In this document: positions 1-6,671 of the stretch, one piece after another | Layout: each line of letters opens with the position of its first letter | Position numbering within the stretch: the first letter of the stretch is position 1 | Assembly: GCF_042610375.1 (NCBI RefSeq) | Contig: NZ_JBGJZL010000005.1 | Coordinates: 76,727 to 100,726, forward strand | Direction: 5' to 3' | DNA from: Pelosinus sp. sgz500959 | GTDB taxonomy: Bacteria > Bacillota > Negativicutes > DSM-13327 | DNA length: 24,000 bases | Program-made: the position numbers and the translations under genes | Notes under the pieces: model-generated | Seen by the model: the letters and a program-made list of their open reading frames with translations, nothing else | What the model was told of the DNA's origin: nothing | The model's database searches: none

Positions 1-230
1 TGACAACCCTTAATGGGGTAGGGATTTGGACAGCCGAAATGTTGTTGATTTTTTCTTTGTGCAGACCCAATATTGTAAGTTATGGCGATTTGGCAATCCG
101 TAGAGGTATAATGAACTTATATGGGTTGAAGGAGTGTCCGAAAGAAATTTTTGAGAAATATAGAAAACGGTATTCCCCATATGGATCGGTCGCATCTCTT
201 TATTTATGGGCATTATCGGCAATCGAATAG
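1..230 (+). CDS. DNA-3-methyladenine glycosylase II (AlkA-like, HhH-GPD superfamily), C-terminal fragment; 5' end outside window
   Basis: The frame stays open from base 3 (TTLNGVGIWTAEMLLIF...YGDLAIRRG...). It shows the helix-hairpin-helix GVG-x-WTAEM motif and a downstream conserved Asp, as in AlkA/HhH-GPD glycosylases. The stop is at 228-230. Confidence 0.7.
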   Translation, partial: TTLNGVGIWTAEMLLIFSLCRPNIVSYGDLAIRRGIMNLYGLKECPKEIFEKYRKRYSPYGSVASLYLWALSAIE

Positions 231-257
231 GCAAGACTGAATCAAGGGGGAGAGTAG

Positions 258-1724
258 ATGACTCCAAAAATGTATCTGGATTTCGGAATAAAGTTGGTTA
301 TGGAGGGCGATTTAGAAAATGCAATTACAGCTTTTTGTACAGCAATAACCCTAAATCCCAAATATTCACCAGCCTATAATAATTTAGGGCTAGTTTTGCA
401 AAAAACAGATCGTCCGCATGAAGCTGAGGCCTGTTTTTGTCGAGCGATTGAATTAAGTCCAGATGATTCATGTGCGTATAATAATTTAGGTTTAGTTTTA
501 ATGGAACTGGATCACTTTCAAAAAGCTGAAGCATGTTTTCGTAAAGCTATCGAATTAAATCCCAATCATCCAGCACTTTATAATCACTTAGGCACTGTTT
601 TGGAAGAAAATGATCACTTAGTTGAAGCTGAGGCTGCTTATTGCCAAGCGATCGAACTAAATTCAAATTATCCAGAAGCCTACTATAATCTAGGAATCTT
701 TTTAAAAGTCACGAAACGTTTTGAGGAAGCAGAGAGTCGCTTTCAACAAGCACTTAAATTACGACCTGATTATTCTGCAGCAATTTATTCTCTTGGAAAT
801 TTACATTTATTAAAAGGCGAGTTTGACAAAGGCTGGGCAAAGTATGAAGAGTCACGTCCTAAAAGATATGGATATAGGACGTTGAAAATCCCTCGCTGGC
901 AAGGGGAAGACTTAACTGGACGTAGCATCTTACTGTGCTGGGAATATGGATTTGGCGATACGATACAATTTATTCGTTACGTAGAAAAAGTAGAAAAATT
1001 AGCGAATAAAACGAGTTTATGGATTCAAAAACCACTAGAACGTTTACTAACTGCTGCCCATCCTAATTTGACAATTTATGCAGGAGAGAGTATTGGAGAC
1101 AATCAATATGATTATGTCTGCTCCTTGCTGAGCCTGCCAACGATATTTAATACCTGCAATGAAAGCATTCCACCTACTGTCCCATACAGACCAGAGAGCC
1201 GTAAGGTTTCAGTTAAGTGGCATAAAAATCTTGAAAAAATCGACAAGAATAAGAGATATAGGGTTGGTGTAGTTTGGGCTGGGCATCCTAAACATCTTAA
1301 TAATGCCAAACGTTCGATCCCTTTTGATGTATTTTGTACTTTATTTGATCATTCGCAAGTGAGTTGGGTTAGTCTGCAAGTTGGAGACAGAGGGGAAGAT
1401 TTACTGGGAACGCCATATCCTGTCATTGATTTTTCAAAAGATCTTGTTGATTTTATGGAAACTGCAGGATTGATTGAAACTCTTGATTTAGTCATAACCG
1501 TTGATTCTGCAGTGGCTCATTTAGCTGGGACTATGGGGAAAAAAACATGGGTACTTTTACCTTTTGATCCTGATTGGCGTTGGCAATTGAATCGCGAAGA
1601 TAGCCCTTGGTATCCGACAATTAGACTTTTTCGTCAATGTAAGCTTGGAGATTGGCAAGAAGTGATGGAAAGAGTGAAAGACGCTTTGCAGAATGAAGTA
1701 ATGGAAGGCAATATTACATATTGA
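258..1724 (+). CDS. TPR-repeat protein with C-terminal GT9-like (heptosyltransferase-fold) glycosyltransferase domain, short paralog (488 aa)
   Basis: SD GGGGGAG lies upstream of the ATG. About five 34-residue TPRs plus a capping repeat are visible (AYNNLGLVL...AEACFRKAIELNPN). The C-terminal half carries RWQGEDLTGR..GFGDTIQFIRY...VGVVWAG...DLVITVDSAVAHLAGTMGKKTWVLLP..PDWRWQL.REDSPWYPT.RLFRQ, which resembles the GT9 donor-binding region. Confidence 0.8.
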   Translation: MTPKMYLDFGIKLVMEGDLENAITAFCTAITLNPKYSPAYNNLGLVLQKTDRPHEAEACFCRAIELSPDDSCAYNNLGLVLMELDHFQKAEACFRKAIELNPNHPALYNHLGTVLEENDHLVEAEAAYCQAIELNSNYPEAYYNLGIFLKVTKRFEEAESRFQQALKLRPDYSAAIYSLGNLHLLKGEFDKGWAKYEESRPKRYGYRTLKIPRWQGEDLTGRSILLCWEYGFGDTIQFIRYVEKVEKLANKTSLWIQKPLERLLTAAHPNLTIYAGESIGDNQYDYVCSLLSLPTIFNTCNESIPPTVPYRPESRKVSVKWHKNLEKIDKNKRYRVGVVWAGHPKHLNNAKRSIPFDVFCTLFDHSQVSWVSLQVGDRGEDLLGTPYPVIDFSKDLVDFMETAGLIETLDLVITVDSAVAHLAGTMGKKTWVLLPFDPDWRWQLNREDSPWYPTIRLFRQCKLGDWQEVMERVKDALQNEVMEGNITY

Positions 1725-1748
1725 ATGAAGTTCAGGGAGAGAAAATAG

Positions 1749-3623
1749 ATGAATGTGATGATGTATTTAAATAAAGGAATAGAACTGGCTATAAAGGGAG
1801 AATTGGAAGAAGCTGGGGAGCTATTTCGTCAAGCTATTGATTTTGATCCAAATTGTTCAGAAGCTTACAATAATTTGGGATTGGTTTTTAAAGATACGAA
1901 TCGTCTAGAGGAGGCAGAAGGGTATTTTCGTAAAGCCTTAGCTATAAATCCTAATTGCCCAGAGGTGTATAATAATTTAGGCATTGTACAGACAGAGGCA
2001 GATCATTTATATGAGGCCCTTGATTCATTTCACTGTGCAATTGAACTAAATCCTGAGTATCCAGAGGCTTACAATAATTTGGGCATTGCCCAGAGCAAAA
2101 TGAATCTTTGGGATGAAGCAGCATATTCATTTACCAGGGCCATTCAATCGAATCCAAATCATTCAGAGACTCATTTTCATTTAGGTATTGCACAGTTAAG
2201 GCGAAATGATTTAGACGAAGCTATCAATGCTTTTTGCCAAGCGATTGAGTTAAACCCTTATTATGCAGAGGCCTATTTCAATATGGGGGTTATACAGGCC
2301 GAGCTCAAGATGATGGATGAGTCTGTAGGAATGTTCTATCAGGCCATTGAGCTAAATCCACATTTTTATGAGGCCTATAACAATGTAGGCGCTGTTTTGC
2401 GAATTATGTACCAACTTGAGGCAGCGGAATTTTGCCTTCGCCGTGCCATTGAGCTGAGACCCGATTATTCAAAAGCTTATAATAACCTGGGATTAGTATT
2501 AAAAGATCGTTATTGCTTAGCTGAGGCTGAGGTTTGTCTTCGGCATTCCATTGAGCTAGATCCTAATGATCCAGAGACATATAATAACTTAGCTTTAGTA
2601 TTAAAAGATGTTGATCGCTTAGAAGAAGCAGAACGTTGTTTGTGCCGCGCTATCGAACTTCGCCCTGGTTTTAAGGAAGCAGAATTTGCTCTCGCATTTT
2701 TATATTTGCTCCAAGAACAATATAATAAAGGTTGGGGCAAATATAATGAATGGAGGGAGTTTTATGAACCTAAATTGAAAAAAATTGGTTATCCTCATTT
2801 GGATTGTCCTCGTTGGCAAGGAGAAGATTTGACTGGGCGGAAGATTTTATTATTTAGTGACCAAGGATTTGGTGATGCGATCCAATTTGTGCGATATGGG
2901 AAAATGATAGCAGAATTAGGGGCAAAAACGAGTATATGGGTACAAAAGCCTTTAGAACGATTGATTAAAACCTCTATAAATTCTTGTGAAATCTACAACG
3001 ATGACGATACTTCATCGGGACAATTTGATTTTTCTTGCTCATTATCAAGGATGCCCTATATGTTTAATACTGATAGGGAGACAATCCCTCAAGTGATTCC
3101 TTATATACAAACAAGCTGCGAGTGCGCAACTATCTGGCAAGAGAGGCTTAATCAATTGGATGGAGGGCACAAATATCGGGTTGGTGTCGTTTGGGCTGGG
3201 AATCCCAATCATGAAAATGATCGCAATCGCTCGATTGTATTTGACGTATTTAAAGAATTATTTGATATAAATGAAGTAAGCTGGATCAGTTTACAAGTAG
3301 GAAAACGAGCGGAGGATTTACTGCAAACACCTTATCCGGTCCTAGATATTTCTGAACATCTGAGTGATTTTTTTGAAACGGCTGGTGCCATTAATAATCT
3401 TGATTTAGTCATTACGATTGATTCTGCAGTAGCTCATTTAGCAGGGGCGATGGGGAAAGAAACTTGGCTCCTTGTACCTTATAATCCTGATTGGCGTTGG
3501 CAATTAAAACGAGAAGATAGTCCTTGGTATTCAACGATGAAGCTTTTCCGCCAACATGAACCTGGTAATTGGCAAGAGGTTCTGACGAGAGTGAAGGACG
3601 CTCTAAAGAAAGTTCATTTATAA
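1749..3623 (+). CDS. TPR-repeat protein with C-terminal GT9-like glycosyltransferase domain, long paralog (624 aa)
   Basis: SD AGGGAGAG lies upstream. There are nine TPRs plus a capping repeat. The C-terminal domain is collinear with the upstream gene (RWQGEDLTGRKILL..GFGDAIQFVRY..VGVVWAGNP..DLVITIDSAVAHLAGAMGKETWLLVPYNPDWRWQLKREDSPWY). Confidence 0.8.
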   Translation: MNVMMYLNKGIELAIKGELEEAGELFRQAIDFDPNCSEAYNNLGLVFKDTNRLEEAEGYFRKALAINPNCPEVYNNLGIVQTEADHLYEALDSFHCAIELNPEYPEAYNNLGIAQSKMNLWDEAAYSFTRAIQSNPNHSETHFHLGIAQLRRNDLDEAINAFCQAIELNPYYAEAYFNMGVIQAELKMMDESVGMFYQAIELNPHFYEAYNNVGAVLRIMYQLEAAEFCLRRAIELRPDYSKAYNNLGLVLKDRYCLAEAEVCLRHSIELDPNDPETYNNLALVLKDVDRLEEAERCLCRAIELRPGFKEAEFALAFLYLLQEQYNKGWGKYNEWREFYEPKLKKIGYPHLDCPRWQGEDLTGRKILLFSDQGFGDAIQFVRYGKMIAELGAKTSIWVQKPLERLIKTSINSCEIYNDDDTSSGQFDFSCSLSRMPYMFNTDRETIPQVIPYIQTSCECATIWQERLNQLDGGHKYRVGVVWAGNPNHENDRNRSIVFDVFKELFDINEVSWISLQVGKRAEDLLQTPYPVLDISEHLSDFFETAGAINNLDLVITIDSAVAHLAGAMGKETWLLVPYNPDWRWQLKREDSPWYSTMKLFRQHEPGNWQEVLTRVKDALKKVHL

Positions 3624-3627
3624 AGTG

Positions 3628-3657
3628 AAACCAGCCTTCCCGTGGGAAGGCTGGTTT
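3628..3657. terminator. Bidirectional rho-independent terminator between convergent genes
   Basis: A perfect 13-bp stem (AAACCAGCCTTCC / GGAAGGCTGGTTT) closes on a CGTG loop. T-rich sequence follows on both strands. It sits between the stop at 3621-3623 (+) and the stop at 3673-3675 (-). Confidence 0.8.
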
Positions 3658-3672
3658 TGCTTTATCATCGAT

Positions 3673-5031
3673 TTAGAATTTATAAATAAACTGCAGTTTC
3701 CAAAAATCATAGTCGTTGGTAGAAGCTGTTTTATCTTTTATAGTGGCATATTGAAGTTTTCCTGTCATATTTTTACTAAAGGCATAACGGTAGGCAAAAT
3801 CAAGGGTTTTATTGGCATTGCTATTTCCTTCATCGACAGTATCAATTGCGGTATATGCTGTGTAGATACTGTTTTTCTGAAGAACGAAATACTGAGTAGT
3901 AAAGTTTTGGTCACCTTTATCTTTTAGAGATTGGGCACCATAGACAACTTTCGCCATGCCAAATGCACCATCTGAAGTCGCCTCATTGTTTTTACCATAT
4001 TCACCGCTAATTGAGAGCTTATTGTTGAATTTCCAGCCTAAATTACCATATGTATAATTTAATAGTTTTTTATCATTTTTCCAATTTCTAAAGGTGGCAG
4101 CACCGACGGCCCAGTTCAGTTTACCGCTTTTAGCAGAAGCTGAAATGGCTTGAACATCAACGTTAGAAAAATCTGCAGCATAAGTTCCAGCAGCACCGCC
4201 TGCTTTATTATCAAAAGCATATCCGCGTACGCCACGTGCAAAGCGGCCGTGCTTGACATCAAAATTCACACCATTTGATTCCCAGGCAAGTTTTGCACCA
4301 TCAAAACTAAAGAATGCACTATCAACAATCATATCCTCGTTATCAAGGTCGAGTGCTTGACGTCCTAGCGTTGCTTTTACTGCACCGATCTTGGTGGTAG
4401 CGAAGAAACGATCAATTTGTGCACCATAGGTATTACTAGATGAGTTGCCTTGCGTACCACCAAGTATAGAATTTGCCGCTCTAAAGTTATCTTGGGTAGG
4501 GGCAACATTGACTATACGCATTCCAATGGTTGTATTATCATCAACTTTGGCAGTTCCATTCATTCTAAACCAAGAAGATTCTGTATGGGAGCCTATTGAT
4601 GTTGGAGCATTTTTCATGCCTTTTATCTTTTCTTGTACCAATAAGGCTCCAGAAAATTTAATTGTAGACTGATTTTTCTCCACTTTAGTTAGGCGAGTAT
4701 CTAGGTTTTCAATTTTATTCATTTCTAGAGCATATTCGTTAGCTAATTTGTCGATGAGGGCTTTTTGTGCGATATTGGCTTTGTTTTCATTAATCATCGC
4801 CTTGTAAACGATCTGTGCCATTTCACCGCGACTCATGGTTTTGTCAGTGACAAATTTACCGTCTTCGTAACCATCAATAATGCCAGCCTTCGCAAGATAA
4901 GTCAATGCCTCATAAGACCAGTGATTAGTAGGAACATCTGTAAATATTGGGGTGGACGTCGCGGCCCATACTGGACTTGCGATATTCAGGGTGAGTGCCA
5001 AAGCGGAACCCACAATTAAATTTTTTTTCAT
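3673..5031 (-). CDS. SLH-domain outer-membrane porin (OmpM/Mep45-type) with signal peptide
   Basis: I prefer the internal ATG at 5031, which has SD AGGGGG 8-9 nt upstream, over the ORF-track start at 5124. The product starts MKKNLIVGSALALTLNIASPVWA|ATS (signal peptide). An SLH motif follows (TDVPTNHWSYEALTYLAKAGIIDGYEDGKF), then a coiled-coil linker. The rest is Gly/Asn/aromatic-rich with alternating beta-strand character and ends ...LQFIYKF (C-terminal Phe OMP signature). Confidence 0.85.
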   Translation of the reverse strand: MKKNLIVGSALALTLNIASPVWAATSTPIFTDVPTNHWSYEALTYLAKAGIIDGYEDGKFVTDKTMSRGEMAQIVYKAMINENKANIAQKALIDKLANEYALEMNKIENLDTRLTKVEKNQSTIKFSGALLVQEKIKGMKNAPTSIGSHTESSWFRMNGTAKVDDNTTIGMRIVNVAPTQDNFRAANSILGGTQGNSSSNTYGAQIDRFFATTKIGAVKATLGRQALDLDNEDMIVDSAFFSFDGAKLAWESNGVNFDVKHGRFARGVRGYAFDNKAGGAAGTYAADFSNVDVQAISASAKSGKLNWAVGAATFRNWKNDKKLLNYTYGNLGWKFNNKLSISGEYGKNNEATSDGAFGMAKVVYGAQSLKDKGDQNFTTQYFVLQKNSIYTAYTAIDTVDEGNSNANKTLDFAYRYAFSKNMTGKLQYATIKDKTASTNDYDFWKLQFIYKF

Positions 5032-5160
5032 TAAATGATTACCCCCTACGTTATTAAAATAATTGCGGAATGATTTGTGAATCATGATGAATTTGAAAAA
5101 AATAATAGAAATAAGTTCAGGCATGTAACAGGGTCAAATGATCAATAAATACTTTTTTGG

Positions 5161-5189
5161 TTGGTATGTGAGCCTCCTTTTTATATAAT
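5161..5189 (+). promoter_or_regulatory. Candidate sigma-70 promoter for the AEC permease gene
   Basis: TTGGTA (5161-5166), a 17-nt spacer, then TATAAT (5184-5189). This would give a ~245-nt AT-rich leader before the ATG at 5441. It is a motif match only, in AT-rich DNA. Confidence 0.35.
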
Positions 5190-5440
5190 GCTAATATTTT
5201 ATAATATAAAATCACTGACGAATTTAATAATAATTCACAATCTTTCAAATAAATAGTATTTTGGACTTATTGTTCATTTTGGTTATTATGTTCATTTAAA
5301 TTTCCGTTGAAAATTGATTTCTAAATCAAATATTATGATGAAAAAGTTTTCAGAAAAATGAGTGGAAGGAATATACAAATGATAGCAGAATAGAAAGAAA
5401 TGAATATATGGTTAATAGATAGTATGAAAGAGGTTAAATC

Positions 5441-6412
5441 ATGGATATAAAGTTAAAACTGGCGTATATTTTTATGGATCTTTTGTTACCCCTTATGCTT
5501 GGCTACTTTTTTCGTCGCAGAAACTATTTGAGTGAAAAAAATTGTGATCGATTAATTGTATTTAATATTTTAGTTATATCGACAGCTTTATCAATTCTTA
5601 GTTTTTGGACTTTGCCTTTAAAGTTAGAGTTAATGTGGCTGCCACTCTTTGGGATTTTGCTTAGTATTATTCCTGGTACGACGGCATTTTTAATATCAGG
5701 CAGTAAGTATGATAGTGGCTTAGAAAAAGGAAGTTATTTAGTATCTGCCATTTTGTCGAATATCGGTACTTTAGGTGGACTTTGTGCTTATATCATATTT
5801 GGAGAAGCTGCATTTGCTTATACGCAGATTGTAGGGTTGTTCCAAGGGTTAGTATTATTCTTATTTTGCTTTCCCATGGCACAATATTATAAAATGAAAA
5901 GTAAACCTTCTGAAGAGAAAGAAAAAATCACCTTTTCCTCTATGTTTTTGAATCGCAATCAGTTACCAGTCGTGGGTTTGGTTATTGGAATGTTACTCTG
6001 TATCAGTGGCGTTCCGCGTCCAGATTTTTTCGGTATAGTATTTGATCCCTTAGTCCATCTTTGTGCGTGGACGGCTCTGATTCCAGCAGGTTACTCCATT
6101 GAATTTTCAGGGATGAAACCATATTATGGCACAACTCTCGATCTTCTTCCGATTAAATTTATTGTTACGCCAATACTGGGTTATTTGCTGGCACGGGAAC
6201 TTTTTACCGATCCTGCATTACTGGGTACTATTTTGATCATATCCAGTGTACCTACGGGGATCAATGCAATTGTCACTGCTCGGCTATATGGTCTAAATCT
6301 ACACGTTTCCGGTGCAGCTTTTGTGGTAACAACGGCCGTTTTTTTAGTCCTTGTATATCCAATTATCTTTTTTTGGATTACTACGAATGGTTTGGGGCAT
6401 TTACATTTTTAG
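5441..6412 (+). CDS. AEC (auxin efflux carrier / Mem_trans) family permease
   Basis: The 323-aa product is polytopic (~10 hydrophobic segments). It starts MDIKLKLAYIFMDLLLPLMLGYFFRR and has a C-terminal ISSVPTGINAIVTARLYGLN segment, both typical of AEC-family transporters. SD AAGAGG lies upstream. Confidence 0.65.
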   Translation: MDIKLKLAYIFMDLLLPLMLGYFFRRRNYLSEKNCDRLIVFNILVISTALSILSFWTLPLKLELMWLPLFGILLSIIPGTTAFLISGSKYDSGLEKGSYLVSAILSNIGTLGGLCAYIIFGEAAFAYTQIVGLFQGLVLFLFCFPMAQYYKMKSKPSEEKEKITFSSMFLNRNQLPVVGLVIGMLLCISGVPRPDFFGIVFDPLVHLCAWTALIPAGYSIEFSGMKPYYGTTLDLLPIKFIVTPILGYLLARELFTDPALLGTILIISSVPTGINAIVTARLYGLNLHVSGAAFVVTTAVFLVLVYPIIFFWITTNGLGHLHF

Positions 6413-6436
6413 TTGCTTGTCTCATAGGGGAAATTA

Positions 6437-6505
6437 CTGAACATAGATAAAGGGAGCTATCAATTAGATTGTATCTAATTGATAGCTCCCTTTATCTATG
6501 TTCAG
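6437..6505. repeat. 33-bp perfect inverted repeat with 3-nt loop (hairpin/palindrome)
   Basis: The left arm 6437-6469 (CTGAACATAGATAAAGGGAGCTATCAATTAGAT) is the exact reverse complement of the right arm 6473-6505. The loop is TGT. It begins 25 nt after the permease stop, and no U-tract follows on either strand. Confidence 0.9.
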
Positions 6506-6510
6506 CATAA

Positions 6511-6623
6511 TAGAAATATGTAAATAAAGTTTTGGGAAAATGTACAAATTTTTCAGAAAATGGTAAAATATTTTTCAAAGCTATAAAAATTGCATAAAAA
6601 TGGAAATGTAAAATTTGTTTTTT
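6511..6623 (+). promoter_or_regulatory. Candidate upstream activating / intrinsically bent region: reiterated GAAAATG..AAA..TTTT units
   Basis: Similar units occur at ~6513 (GAAATATGTAAATAAAGTTTT), 6536 (GAAAATGTACAAATTTTT), 6556 (GAAAATGGTAAAATATTTTT) and 6597-6602 (AAAAATGGAAATGTAAAATTTGTTTTT). They lie directly upstream of the -24/-12 promoter. The function is inferred only. Confidence 0.3.
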
Positions 6624-6626
6624 GTA

Positions 6627-6643
6627 TGGCATAACACTTGCAT
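6627..6643 (+). promoter_or_regulatory. Sigma-54 (-24/-12) promoter
   Basis: TGGCAT-AACAC-TTGCAT matches the consensus TGGCAC-N5-TTGCW with correct GG/GC spacing. It lies ~30 nt upstream of the ATG at 6672 of a sigma-54-dependent activator/PTS operon. Confidence 0.8.
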
Positions 6644-6671
6644 AGTATATAAGCAGAAGAGGGGTTTGGTA

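Noticed and set aside
3625-3927. 100-aa plus-strand ORF after the second TPR gene
   Set aside because: It begins inside the terminator hairpin and overlaps the 3' end of the well-supported porin gene on the other strand. It has no SD, and the sequence is Phe/Ile/Cys-rich and not protein-like.
5032-5124. 31-codon N-terminal extension of the porin ORF (ORF-track start at 5124)
   Set aside because: The extension has no SD and would bury the signal peptide. The internal ATG at 5031 has an AGGGGG SD and gives a canonical signal peptide.
5271-5300. Imperfect direct repeat TTATTGTTCATTTT / TTATTATGTTCATTT in the permease/porin divergent intergenic region
   Set aside because: It is short and imperfect in very AT-rich DNA. 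No associated regulator is encoded nearby, so it cannot be distinguished from chance.
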